The notes under the pieces: model-generated | The model's input: only the letters and a program-made list of their open reading frames with translations | Database searches by the model: none | What the model was told of the DNA's origin: nothing | Part shown: piece by piece, positions 44,508-54,181 of the stretch | Layout: every line of letters begins with the position of its first letter | How positions within the stretch are numbered: the stretch's first letter is position 1 | Made by a program: the position numbers and the translations under genes | From: Sedimentisphaerales bacterium | Lineage (GTDB): Bacteria; Planctomycetota; Phycisphaerae; Sedimentisphaerales; SM23-30 | Direction: 5' to 3' | NCBI GenBank assembly: GCA_963663805.2 | Contig: CAXXMR010000025.1 | Location: 18,947 to 82,946 of the forward strand | Length of the DNA stretch: 64,000 nucleotides

Positions 44508-44539
44508 CCGGCGAGGACAGCAAGTCCCGCCCTCGCCGG
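44508..44539 (-). other. Intra-operon GC-rich stem-loop
   Basis: CCGGCGAGG/CCTCGCCGG inverted repeat between two co-oriented genes, with no clean U-tract. Confidence 0.55.
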
Positions 44540-44558
44540 GCACATATTTACAACTTAA

Positions 44559-47312
44559 TCAGAACGTGTCCGCGATCGTCAGCCAATTTCTGGCCAATAT
44601 CGCGTAATCAGACAATGTGACCTTGCAATCATCGTCCATATCAGCCAAAACATCCTTATCGCAATATTTGCCGGTATCGACTCTGATAGAATCAATATCA
44701 ATCACCCCGCTGCCGTGGGGGTCCGTCGCCGGCGACCAGCAGCCAATTACGACCGCCTGCACATCATCCAGCATACTCTTGTCGCCAACATTGAAGTTGT
44801 TCATATCAACCACCCACTCACTCCAGCCGGTGGGACTGTAGGTCGAGCCGTCAACCCGATAAATATACGATTCAGCTTTAATTGCCGACACATCGACGCC
44901 GCCGTTGAGGAACTTCATGTAAAGCAGCAGCTCTTCACTGTTGCCCGCGTGACGGTTAATCATCAGCTTCACAGCATCTACACCGCGCATATCCTGACCA
45001 GTGGTGAAAGTCAGTATAATGTCAGTGAAGTCCAAATTACCGAACAAGTCCTCGGCATCGTAGGTCCAACGTAAAGCCTGATTGCCCTCGTAGGCATCAG
45101 CCGGATTCGTCAGCAGGGTAACGGTACTGCTGGTCGAAGAACCTTGAGAGCCGGCCCAGTAGAATTCCTGCCATTCAGTCTCCAGTGCCGCCTGGTCAGC
45201 ATAGCCTTCAAAATCATTAATCGGCACATCGCTGGAAATATCACCGACTCGGCCATCGCCCAACCAGTTACTGCTCAGCCAGGCCAGGTCATCTCCATCG
45301 ACACGGAAGTCGTAATCAATGTCGCCTTCCGGGGCATCGTTACCTTTACGCATCTGAACACTATCAATCAGGTAAGAACCCGCAACCCGAATACCATCAC
45401 CGTTAACCACGGCAAAGCCAATATTAACAACTTCAGTCTCAGAACTCTGGATGGCATAAGGCAGTCCAAAAATGCCGTACTCGGCAGTGCCGGGGTCAGC
45501 CATAACAACGCCATATTTTTCCAGATAAGTGCCGTCCGCTTTCCATTCCGAAATCGTCATTTGCAGATAAGTATTCACGCCGGAAAATTTCTTGCCGGCA
45601 AAGCTAACCATCAATTCATCATCCGAATCAACCGGAATCTTACTTTCCCAGCGGTCAAGTCCGTGGTCACCGCCGCCGACGGTAATATCCATCAGGGCAG
45701 CCTTACTGCCTTCGTAAGCATCAGAGATGATGGTGAAAGTGCCTTCGCCGCCGCCTACCGCGTAACTGCGCCAAGCGTCAAAATCGCTCTCAAAACCACC
45801 ATTGCCAACCAACTGAGCATTCACAACTCTAACATTGTCAATCAGATAATGCCCTGCGGATTTATTCACGCCGGAATCATCAACTATCGTAAAGACTACA
45901 TCCAGCTTGTCAGCGTTGGGGTCAACTACGTTGTGAGTAAATTCAAACTCCTCGTATGAACTGCCTACCGGCAAATCAATCCAGGTCTGACGCCCACTGA
46001 AGTCAAACGGGCCGGTATCACGATATTCTGCCACCGACAAGCGCAGCTTGGTATTGTCACCCAAAACATTCTTTGCGGCAAAACCTATGGCCACCGTTTC
46101 GCCCGGCGCGGTAGGTATCATATTCTCATAGATGTCCATCGCGTGGTCATCACCCGGATTAATCACTTCCATTGAAGCAGCCTGACTGCCCGTAAAAGCG
46201 TCATTAGAAATGGTGAAATATGCCTCGGCACCTGTACCCACCGCGTAGCCGCGCCAGTAATCCAAATTACCGCTAAACTCGAAATCGCCGTTAAGTATCA
46301 TCGGTAAATCAACCACTTCAACCGCGTCGAGCAAATAATGCCCCGGCCCTTTGGATAGAAAATCGCCAGTATAACTTGTAAAGCCAATATTCAGTTCATT
46401 AGTTGAGGCGTTCTGCACGCCATGTACAAAGAAATATTCAGCGTAATCACTGCCCGGAATAAAATCGTGCAAACTATGATTACCCAGATAGGTTCCGCTG
46501 TTAAATTCGGAAATCGTTACCCGCAGACCGGTTCCGGCTGTGCCAATATTTTTGACCGCGAAACGAAAACCGACTTTTTCGCCCGGTGCTACCGCGATTT
46601 TGGCGAATTCACGGTCCAAAGCATGGTCCAGAGGGCCTACGGTGACATTCATATCCGCAGCCTGATAGCCTTGGTAAGCATCCGAACTGATAGTATAAGT
46701 TGCCGCCGCTCCGCCCACCGCATAGCCGCGCCAGCCTTCATAACCGTATTCGAAACCGCCATTGCCGATTCTGCCGGCCTCAACCATACTTACATTGTCG
46801 ATTAGCATTGAGCCTGTGGTGAACTGCTGAGTCGCGCCGTTGATAATACGAAAAGCAATCGTAAGCGACGCGATGTCAGGTGATTTTACCGCGTAATATG
46901 TACTGTACATAGCGTAAGAATCAGTAACGTCAAACTGGGGACCTACTGAATGGTCAATGAAATTTCCGCTCGCGTCAAAAGCGGCGATAATCAAGTGTAC
47001 CCGGTTTAGAGTGTTGCCGCTGACACGCTTGGCCGCGAACGACACCTTGATATTCTGTAAATACTCAACCGGGACCGGTGTATCCCAGCGGTCCAGTGAA
47101 GTATCACCCGTTGGATTGGTGACCTCAATCAATGCCGCGTTAGAGCCGCTGTAGGCGTCATTGCTGAGAGTGTAGGTCGCTGCCGCTCCGCCGACCGCGT
47201 AATAACGCCAGTCCTGAAAACCCAACTCAAAATCACCATTACTAAGCTCGACCGCCCAACAGCTTCCTCCTGCAAACAAGACCGCCAGTAAAACAATAAT
47301 ATTCTTTCTCAC
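44559..47312 (-). CDS. Secreted protein with four tandem CBM4/9-like domains, a further beta-sandwich domain and split dockerin-like repeats
   Basis: Four ~160-aa repeats NG(D/G)FE..WR.YAVG..DAY.G..AA..D..LD..ID.V; GDIDYDFRVDGDDL..W and ADMDDDCKVTLSDY..W. Confidence 0.85.
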   Translation of the reverse strand: MRKNIIVLLAVLFAGGSCWAVELSNGDFELGFQDWRYYAVGGAAATYTLSNDAYSGSNAALIEVTNPTGDTSLDRWDTPVPVEYLQNIKVSFAAKRVSGNTLNRVHLIIAAFDASGNFIDHSVGPQFDVTDSYAMYSTYYAVKSPDIASLTIAFRIINGATQQFTTGSMLIDNVSMVEAGRIGNGGFEYGYEGWRGYAVGGAAATYTISSDAYQGYQAADMNVTVGPLDHALDREFAKIAVAPGEKVGFRFAVKNIGTAGTGLRVTISEFNSGTYLGNHSLHDFIPGSDYAEYFFVHGVQNASTNELNIGFTSYTGDFLSKGPGHYLLDAVEVVDLPMILNGDFEFSGNLDYWRGYAVGTGAEAYFTISNDAFTGSQAASMEVINPGDDHAMDIYENMIPTAPGETVAIGFAAKNVLGDNTKLRLSVAEYRDTGPFDFSGRQTWIDLPVGSSYEEFEFTHNVVDPNADKLDVVFTIVDDSGVNKSAGHYLIDNVRVVNAQLVGNGGFESDFDAWRSYAVGGGEGTFTIISDAYEGSKAALMDITVGGGDHGLDRWESKIPVDSDDELMVSFAGKKFSGVNTYLQMTISEWKADGTYLEKYGVVMADPGTAEYGIFGLPYAIQSSETEVVNIGFAVVNGDGIRVAGSYLIDSVQMRKGNDAPEGDIDYDFRVDGDDLAWLSSNWLGDGRVGDISSDVPINDFEGYADQAALETEWQEFYWAGSQGSSTSSTVTLLTNPADAYEGNQALRWTYDAEDLFGNLDFTDIILTFTTGQDMRGVDAVKLMINRHAGNSEELLLYMKFLNGGVDVSAIKAESYIYRVDGSTYSPTGWSEWVVDMNNFNVGDKSMLDDVQAVVIGCWSPATDPHGSGVIDIDSIRVDTGKYCDKDVLADMDDDCKVTLSDYAILARNWLTIADTF

Positions 47313-47369
47313 AGCATTCTCCTTTTTAAAAAGATGGAACTGTCTCCAAAACCCAAAACCTCTGCTTAA

Positions 47370-48518
47370 CTAACTATCAAAACCAACACTGCTGGCCCGA
47401 ACCACCAGCTCCACCGGCACTATACGATGCACATTTTCCCTGTTGCTGTCTAAAAGTTCATCACGCAACAACTTCGCAGCTTCATAGCCTAAAGTTTCAT
47501 CGCACTGACGAACTGCCGTCATTGGTACCGGCATTCTTTCACAGAATGGCTTGTCGCCAAAGCAGGCCACGAAAAAATCCACCCCAACTTTACGACCAGC
47601 GTCCTCAGCCGCTGAACACAAAATCCGCCCAGCGTCAGCATTGAACGCAAAAACACAAATAACTTCATCTTTACAACCGCTTAAGCGTTCAAAAACCGCA
47701 TTGTATGATTGTCTTTCCCATTCCGAGCGACGCATACTCATGGTCTCACCTTCAGAAAAAGGTAAGGACCATAGGTAAGATTCATCAAAATCAATATGGG
47801 CAAAATGTTCACGCATCACCGCGTTCCAGCCACGATGACGATTCCAGCAGGGTTGCAATCCCTCTATTATGCCAAAGTAATAAACCGGCAGATTGTGAGT
47901 TTCAATCAGATGATTAGTCGCCAGACAAGCACCCGAAAAATTATCCAGAGCAACCGAACTGACAGGCAAACCTAAAAGCATACGGTCCACAAAAACAAAC
48001 TTCTGGCCATCCGCCAGAAACTTTTCTATGGTCTGGCGATATTCCGGCACGTCCCACGGATAAAGTATAAAACCGTCAACATTCTCTGCCTCACTGCCCA
48101 CCAGCTCAAGGCCGCTTCCGCTATGATGAGAGGCATCCAGGACACTTACAGAAATATTCTGTTCAGCGGCAAAACGACGAATGCCATTTTCAATTGCGAT
48201 AAATTGAGCTTCCGAAGTCCACCGCAAAAAACCAAAGGTCTGTGTCTTCTTTTCCTGCTTTTCAGGGGCCGCGATAACCATCGGCCCACGTCCACGCCCC
48301 GGACTGCACTTGATAAGGCGCTCTTTTTCCAGAATGTCAAAGGCGTTTTTAAGTGTCGGATAGGCAACATCCCAACTCTGCATCATTTCGGACATACTGG
48401 GCAGATGTTGGCCGTTTTCGACCGCCCCAGATACAATCTGACCCCGTAAATGATCGGCGATTTGGGCATAAATCGGCTGCCCTTTGCCTCTCTTATCGTT
48501 AATAGTGAGCTTTTTCAA
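47370..48518 (-). CDS. GntR-HTH / LacI sugar-binding domain regulator
   Basis: PIYAQIAD..G..LPS..T..A...LE..GRG; SSVALDN, VACFGD and ELVVRAS. Confidence 0.9.
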   Translation of the reverse strand: MKKLTINDKRGKGQPIYAQIADHLRGQIVSGAVENGQHLPSMSEMMQSWDVAYPTLKNAFDILEKERLIKCSPGRGRGPMVIAAPEKQEKKTQTFGFLRWTSEAQFIAIENGIRRFAAEQNISVSVLDASHHSGSGLELVGSEAENVDGFILYPWDVPEYRQTIEKFLADGQKFVFVDRMLLGLPVSSVALDNFSGACLATNHLIETHNLPVYYFGIIEGLQPCWNRHRGWNAVMREHFAHIDFDESYLWSLPFSEGETMSMRRSEWERQSYNAVFERLSGCKDEVICVFAFNADAGRILCSAAEDAGRKVGVDFFVACFGDKPFCERMPVPMTAVRQCDETLGYEAAKLLRDELLDSNRENVHRIVPVELVVRASSVGFDS

Positions 48519-48851
48519 CGTTTCGAACCTCTCGTCTCGGAATCTGAATCTACGACTATTCCACTGCTAACAGTCTACTGTCCCTGTCGCGAGATGTCAA
48601 TGTTTTTTTATTATTAAATATTTTTTTTTTACAATAAAGTCACGATGGCCTGTGTCTGGTAAAATATTTAATCTGCTGACGGCCCCGAAAAAGATTTTTT
48701 TTAGGTTTCCTCCAGCCGTAATCTAAGGTAGATAAAATAATCATTATTAGTCTAAAGTATTATTATTAAAATAGATACGACTTTTTTATTAATTGGCTAT
48801 TTTCTGTCGGGCATTAGAATTGTCAGCCGGTTATTTTATTATATAAAATCG

Positions 48852-48909
48852 TTGACTTAAATATAATTTTCTGTACAATCAGGAAAGGTCGCAAGTGATT
48901 ATTTCCTGA
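48852..48909 (+). promoter_or_regulatory. Promoter plus downstream inverted repeat for the PEP-CTERM gene
   Basis: TTGACT-16 nt-TACAAT followed by TCAGGAAA-N15-TTTCCTGA. Confidence 0.55.
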
Positions 48910-49018
48910 AACAGCCACATTTTGTCTCAGGCTAATCATGTATTTGCGGCGAACAGGATGACAGTTACCGGACTATTGTTGTTCCGGGTAGAATTATTCT
49001 TTTTTAAAGGAGCGTGTT

Positions 49019-49687
49019 ATGAAAATGAAAATGACCAGTGTGGCTGTAATGTTGTTCCTGCTCTCCGGTGTCGCCTCAGCGGCGTTTATTGTTCCGTCGC
49101 TGTCGAATGGCGACTTTGAGAGCGACCCAATCTGGACAGGTTGGCGGCCTTATAACGTTGATAATGGCGCCGGCGACAGCAGCGTTGGGGTCGGAATTGG
49201 CGACCCTTCTAATTTGGGACTTGGCGGGGCCCAGTCAATCAACTTTGTCACTGCACCAAGTATGGCCAACACGGTTGATTACGGACTGGACAGATGGGGT
49301 TCTTTTGTTCCTGTTACTGTTGGCGATACTATGACCCTGCATGTTGAGCTTAAGAATAATGACGGCTCCCGAAACGGTAATAGGGTAGCTGTTACACTAT
49401 CACAGTGGTCTGGCACTCAGGCCGCACCTGTTTTTTCGGGTACTCAGGATGTCTATTATGTTGATAGTGGTGCCCCCGGTACCTGGACTGCGTTTGAATT
49501 TCCAATTACTATCACCGGCAGCAATGCCGTATTTCTCAATATACAGTTCAATTATCGCAACCACGCGAACTTGCTGACTCCCACAGATGGTAATTATAAC
49601 ATTGACAATGTAATGTTTGTGCCAGAACCTGCCACAATAGCAATACTGGCTCTGGGCGGACTTTTCTTAAGGCGCCGTCGTAGTTAA
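49019..49687 (+). CDS. PEP-CTERM surface protein with one CBM-like domain
   Basis: Signal peptide; LSNGDFE..WRPY..DYGLDRW..YNIDNV; VPEPAT + TM + RRRS. Confidence 0.92.
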   Translation: MKMKMTSVAVMLFLLSGVASAAFIVPSLSNGDFESDPIWTGWRPYNVDNGAGDSSVGVGIGDPSNLGLGGAQSINFVTAPSMANTVDYGLDRWGSFVPVTVGDTMTLHVELKNNDGSRNGNRVAVTLSQWSGTQAAPVFSGTQDVYYVDSGAPGTWTAFEFPITITGSNAVFLNIQFNYRNHANLLTPTDGNYNIDNVMFVPEPATIAILALGGLFLRRRRS

Positions 49688-49701
49688 ATTAAGCCCTATG
49701 C

Positions 49702-49752
49702 TGCTGCCTCGCATTTCTGTCGAAACAGGCGGTTTTGCGAGGCAGTATTTTG
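49702..49752 (+). terminator. Terminator after the PEP-CTERM gene
   Basis: CTGCCTCGC/GCGAGGCAG stem followed by TATTTTT. Confidence 0.6.
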
Positions 49753-49827
49753 CGCCGAGCCAGGTGATTGAAACTGCTAGAATTTGTGTTTGCAGTTTTT
49801 TTGGGGGGGGTTCGACCTGTTTGTAAT

Positions 49828-50517
49828 CTATTTGTCAGGGTAGGTTTCGGTGTGGTGTCGGACGATTTCGCCGTGGACCATATAGATAACATCTTCAGCG
49901 ATATTGGTGGCGTGGTCGGCGATTCTTTCGAGGTGGCGGGAGATACTGAGCATGTGTATCAGTTCTTCGATGTGGTCGGGAAAATCACGCACACCCTGTT
50001 TGACGATGGCGTACATTTCGCGGTTCATCTGGTCAACTTCATCATCGGTTGTGCAGACCTCGCGGGCGAGTTTGCAGTCCATATTTACCAGCGCGTCGAG
50101 GCTGTTGCGGAGCATTGCCTGCGTAATTTCGGCCATTCGCTGGAAATCGAACTGAACTTTAGGAACCGGGTGACTAGCCAGATATTCACTGCGCTCGGCG
50201 ATATTCACGGCCAGGTCACCGATACGTTCCAGGTCATTATTAATTTTCAGGGCTGTGATTATAAAACGCAGGTCGATTGCAACGGGTTGGTGCAGGGCGA
50301 GTATTTTAAGGCACTCTTCTTCGAGGTTTACTTCCATCTGGTCGATTTCCATGTCGGAATTTACTATCTCGCGGGCGAGATTGGCGTCGTGTTTATTAAG
50401 GCTTTTGATGGCCTGCCAGAGTTTGGCTTCGACAGCGGCACAGAGGGAGAGCAGATTCTTTTTGAGAGTTTCGATTTCGCGGTCCATGTGGACTGACATC
50501 ATACGTTCTTTTTTCAT
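49828..50517 (-). CDS. phoU: Phosphate signalling protein PhoU
   Basis: QPVAIDLR, DLERIGD..NIAE and LERIADHATNIAE. Confidence 0.96.
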   Translation of the reverse strand: MKKERMMSVHMDREIETLKKNLLSLCAAVEAKLWQAIKSLNKHDANLAREIVNSDMEIDQMEVNLEEECLKILALHQPVAIDLRFIITALKINNDLERIGDLAVNIAERSEYLASHPVPKVQFDFQRMAEITQAMLRNSLDALVNMDCKLAREVCTTDDEVDQMNREMYAIVKQGVRDFPDHIEELIHMLSISRHLERIADHATNIAEDVIYMVHGEIVRHHTETYPDK

Positions 50518-50528
50518 GCGTTTGCCTA

Positions 50529-51395
50529 TCAGCCGAATCGGCCAGTAATGTAATCCTCGGTTTGCTTTTTTGCGGGCTTGGTGAACAGTCGTGAGGTTTT
50601 GTCATACTCGATGAGTTCGCCCAGACAGAAAAACGCGGTGTATTCACTCACGCGGGCAGCCTGCTGCATATTGTGGGTTACTATAACGATGGTGTACTGT
50701 GATTTCAACTCTTCGATTAGTTCCTCGACACGGGCGGTGGCGATGGGGTCCAGAGCTGAGCAGGGTTCGTCCATGAGCAGAATCTGGGGTTTGGTTGCCA
50801 GTGTACGGGCGATACACAATCTTTGCTGCTGACCGCCGGACAGGGCCAGGGCGGATTTGTTGAGGTCATCTTTTACCTCATCCCAAAGTGCCGCTCCGAT
50901 GAGTGATTGTTCGACGAGGTCATCAAGTTCGCGACGGCGTATGCCCTGCAAACGTGGGCCGTAAGCGATATTGTCGTAGATGCTCTTGGCGAAAGGGTTG
51001 GGTTTCTGGAATACCATGCCGACTTGCTGACGAAGGTTTACGAGATTGATTTTTTTGTCGTAGACATTCTGCCCGTTCACCGCCAGAATTCCTTCGGCAT
51101 GAGTGTGCGGGATAAGGTCGTTCATGCGGTTGATACTCCGCAGAAACGTACTTTTACCACAGCCGCTGGGGCCAATGATGGCAGTTACGGTACAGGAGTT
51201 CATAACGATATTAACATCGAATACGCCTTTTTTGGACCCGTAATAGAAAGTGAAATCCTGTGCCTCAATTATGCTGCAAGGGCATTGGCCGTTATTGTTT
51301 GCGGGAACCGATTTCGGTTGGGTGTCCTTGAAATTTTTGTAAGGCTGAACAGTGGTAATATTTTTTTCTTTTTCCATAGCGGTTATTTGAGGCAT
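50529..51395 (-). CDS. pstB: Phosphate ABC transporter ATP-binding protein
   Basis: [32 protein letters not shown] and YITGRFG. Confidence 0.96.
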   Translation of the reverse strand: MPQITAMEKEKNITTVQPYKNFKDTQPKSVPANNNGQCPCSIIEAQDFTFYYGSKKGVFDVNIVMNSCTVTAIIGPSGCGKSTFLRSINRMNDLIPHTHAEGILAVNGQNVYDKKINLVNLRQQVGMVFQKPNPFAKSIYDNIAYGPRLQGIRRRELDDLVEQSLIGAALWDEVKDDLNKSALALSGGQQQRLCIARTLATKPQILLMDEPCSALDPIATARVEELIEELKSQYTIVIVTHNMQQAARVSEYTAFFCLGELIEYDKTSRLFTKPAKKQTEDYITGRFG

Positions 51396-51396
51396 T

Positions 51397-53025
51397 CTAT
51401 AGTCCCCGAAGTTTTCCTGACATACGTGAACGTAACACAATGGCGACGATATTCAGGCAGATGACCAGTAAAATCAGGGTCATGACCATGCCGTATTGAT
51501 TATGGGGCACCAGCATTGCCAGGCGGTCCCCGGTGGTGATGTCGTAGCAGCCGTATGATAGTGTGCGGGTGCAATCGAAGACGCTTTTGGGCAGGGCACC
51601 GAGGGCGACAGCTCCGGTAAACAGAATGGGCGCGGTTTCGCCGGCGGCCCGACTGAGGCCGAGAATGATACCGGTGAGAATTCCCGGCAGGGCGGCCGGC
51701 AGAGTGACAGCGACAAAGGTACGGAATCCGCCGGCTCCCAAGGCCAATGAAGCTTCTTTGTAGGTTCTGGGCACGTTGCGGATAGCTTCTTCGCTAGCTC
51801 GGATAATCAGTGGCAGAGTAAGCAGGGCCAGAGTAAGCGAGGCGGTCAAGATGCATGGTTTGGACTCATGTCCGAAAAAGGGCAGAACAAAGAGTACAAA
51901 AAAAGCCAGACCGAAAAGCCCGAAGACAATACTGGGGACACCAGCAAGGGTGTTGATGCAGGTACGAGTGATGCGGACGATGAGCGTATCGCGGGCACAT
52001 TCGACCAGATACGCCGCGGAAATTATACCCAGAGGCACGGCGAAAAGCATTGCCAATAAAGTAAGAGTCAGAGTACCGAGGATTTCCGGCCCGACTCCGC
52101 CGAAATAATGGCCGGGCGTGCTGTCGTCGATGAAATACTGCCAATAGAGAGTGGATTTGGGGCGGAGCATGAGGTTGAAATTTTGTTCGAGGGTGGCGAA
52201 GAAGTTCTCCATATCGGTTCCCTGGAACTGGCTGTCGGCTCTTTTAATGAATTTCTGGACGAGTGGTTGGCCGGGCTTTTGCTCGACCCAGGTTTGGGAC
52301 CAGATGATGGTATGCAATTTTTTTCGGGCCATGTCCATACGCGTCATGCCGTAACGCTGCATGGTCAGGGCGGGCATTTCTTCGTCCGGCCGCGGTCCGA
52401 TCAGCTCTCTAAGGGCATCGCTTACTTCGGTAAGAGCTGCCAGATACTGCTCCCGCCGGGTGAGGTCAAGATGAGCGATAGAACTCTGATAGTCGCGGGC
52501 AAGTTGAAAAAGTTCCTGGGCTTTGGTGTCTTTCAGTTCGGGATTTTCACTTTGGCTGATAATGGTATCCAGAAGCGTTTGGGCTTCAGATTTGTTGGTG
52601 GTTTCGCAGGTGTCGATGAAGTTGTCGCGCAAATCTTTTGCTATTCCACGCAGGCGGGCGTATTCGTCATCGCTGAGATTATGATAACGCAGCTCCCGGC
52701 CAAACTCGCGATAGATGTCTTTGGCCTGACCGATGAGCGAATCGGTGAGAATGCCCTTTTTGAAACTGTCGATGATGTCGTAAATCTTCTGCCGGGCTAT
52801 ATAGGCCTGCTGTAACTCCGCGTCGAGAGCAACCTGGTCGCCGCGTTCAAAGAGGTCTATCTGCATCCGGCGGAACTCAACCGTACCGTCGAAAAATACC
52901 GCTGACGAGCCGCGAATAAGAATCGGAGAAAGCACGATGGCTAAAAACATAACGATGATGACAACGGTGAGCCAGGCCAGGGCGGTAAAAATTTTGTTGT
53001 GCAGGATTCTGAGCGGGGTTTTCAT
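51397..53025 (-). CDS. pstA: Phosphate ABC transporter permease with large soluble insertion
   Basis: [23 protein letters not shown] and RAAGETAP; a long helical region lies between TM1 and the core. Confidence 0.93.
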   Translation of the reverse strand: MKTPLRILHNKIFTALAWLTVVIIVMFLAIVLSPILIRGSSAVFFDGTVEFRRMQIDLFERGDQVALDAELQQAYIARQKIYDIIDSFKKGILTDSLIGQAKDIYREFGRELRYHNLSDDEYARLRGIAKDLRDNFIDTCETTNKSEAQTLLDTIISQSENPELKDTKAQELFQLARDYQSSIAHLDLTRREQYLAALTEVSDALRELIGPRPDEEMPALTMQRYGMTRMDMARKKLHTIIWSQTWVEQKPGQPLVQKFIKRADSQFQGTDMENFFATLEQNFNLMLRPKSTLYWQYFIDDSTPGHYFGGVGPEILGTLTLTLLAMLFAVPLGIISAAYLVECARDTLIVRITRTCINTLAGVPSIVFGLFGLAFFVLFVLPFFGHESKPCILTASLTLALLTLPLIIRASEEAIRNVPRTYKEASLALGAGGFRTFVAVTLPAALPGILTGIILGLSRAAGETAPILFTGAVALGALPKSVFDCTRTLSYGCYDITTGDRLAMLVPHNQYGMVMTLILLVICLNIVAIVLRSRMSGKLRGL

Positions 53026-54014
53026 TTTTTGGCTGCTCCGGCGTTGCGAACCCTGGCTAGAAAATGTTCACTGACCAGATTCAGGGTGAAAGTGAACAGC
53101 AGCAGCAGTGAGGCAATCGAAAACAGCGATTGATAGTGCAACGAACCTTTGACGGTTTCGCCCATGTCGCCGGCGATGGTGCCGGTCATGGTTCTGATGG
53201 ATTGCGAGATGTCCCACCAGGGTTGGGGAATCTGGCTGGCATTGCCCGATGCCATCCAGACGACCATTGTTTCGCCGATGGCCCGCATCATGCCCAGAAT
53301 GACCGCGGCGATAATGCCGCTGTGGGCGGCGGGGATTATGATTTTGATGATGGTTTCGTGGCGGGTGGCACCCAATCCGTAGGACGCTTCGCGGATTTCA
53401 CGCCCTGCGGCGGAAAGTGAATCTTCGGCGACGCTGATAATCGTAGGCAATGCCATTACTGCCAGCACGAGTGAAGAGTTAAGGGCGTTGGTGCCGGTGG
53501 GAAAGCCGAAAGTATTTTGCAAGGTCGGAGCTAATACCATCACCGCGAAAAAACCGTAGGCTACTGAAGGGATGGCCGCGAGAATTTCAATGATGGGTTT
53601 GCATATCTGGCGAACTTTGTAAGGGGCGATGTCGCTGAGGAACACCGCCGCGAGCAGCCCCAGCGGGACGGCGATTGCAAGGGCGCCGATAGTTACATAA
53701 ATCGTGCCGGCGATGAGGGCCAGGGCGCCATATTCGTTCGGGTTCGCTTCGGGATACCATTTGGTTGAGGTGATAAACTCGATGAGATGCCCGCCGGCCA
53801 GAAAGGGGATGGCTTCGCGGAGTACGAAAAAGATAATCAGCAGTACCGCAAGCACCGAAACAAAGGTGACAAGAAAGAGCAGGGCTCGCCCTAAATAATT
53901 GCCCAGAAAACCCTTAAGATCCTCACGCGGAGTTAGCACCAGTGGTCTGGTGAAGCCGCCGGGCTGACCTTGTTGAGGGTTTTTATGGGGAATTTGTATG
54001 TCTGCTATTGCCAT
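53022..54014 (-). CDS. pstC: Phosphate ABC transporter permease
   Basis: EILAAIPSVAYG, MALPTI and RAIGETM. Confidence 0.95.
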   Translation of the reverse strand: MAIADIQIPHKNPQQGQPGGFTRPLVLTPREDLKGFLGNYLGRALLFLVTFVSVLAVLLIIFFVLREAIPFLAGGHLIEFITSTKWYPEANPNEYGALALIAGTIYVTIGALAIAVPLGLLAAVFLSDIAPYKVRQICKPIIEILAAIPSVAYGFFAVMVLAPTLQNTFGFPTGTNALNSSLVLAVMALPTIISVAEDSLSAAGREIREASYGLGATRHETIIKIIIPAAHSGIIAAVILGMMRAIGETMVVWMASGNASQIPQPWWDISQSIRTMTGTIAGDMGETVKGSLHYQSLFSIASLLLLFTFTLNLVSEHFLARVRNAGAAKK

Positions 54015-54022
54015 ATCAGCGT

Positions 54023-54075
54023 ATTGTAGTTGGTATGGTTATGGGTTTATTAGCAAATTGTTAGGATTGTGTTAG
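54023..54075 (-). promoter_or_regulatory. Pho-box-like direct repeats and -10 element of pstCAB-phoU
   Basis: Minus strand CTAACA/CTAACA/CTAATA/ATAACC at an exact 11-bp period, followed by TACAAT. Confidence 0.75.
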
Positions 54076-54116
54076 AGGCGGCAGTTTTTGTGATATAAAT
54101 CCTTGTCAGGCAAACA

Positions 54117-54144
54117 AAAAGGCCGACTGACAAAAAAGTCGGCC
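54117..54144 (-). terminator. Terminator of the ara operon
   Basis: GGCCGACT/AGTCGGCC stem followed by TTTTT on the minus strand. Confidence 0.75.
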
Positions 54145-54181
54145 AGCCTGGATTGCGATTACACAATTAATGTGAGTTTTG

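Larger units (their letters stand above)
24857..49750. mobile_element. Decayed genomic island at tRNA-Arg carrying glycan-utilisation cassettes (right boundary inferred)
   Basis: tRNA plus integrase remnant on the left, only accessory genes and an IS66 relic inside, housekeeping genes resume at phoU. No attR duplicate was found. Confidence 0.6.

Noticed and set aside
49700..49830. attR copy of the tRNA-Arg 3' end
   Set aside because: I found no match to AATCCTGTCGGGCG here or elsewhere by eye.
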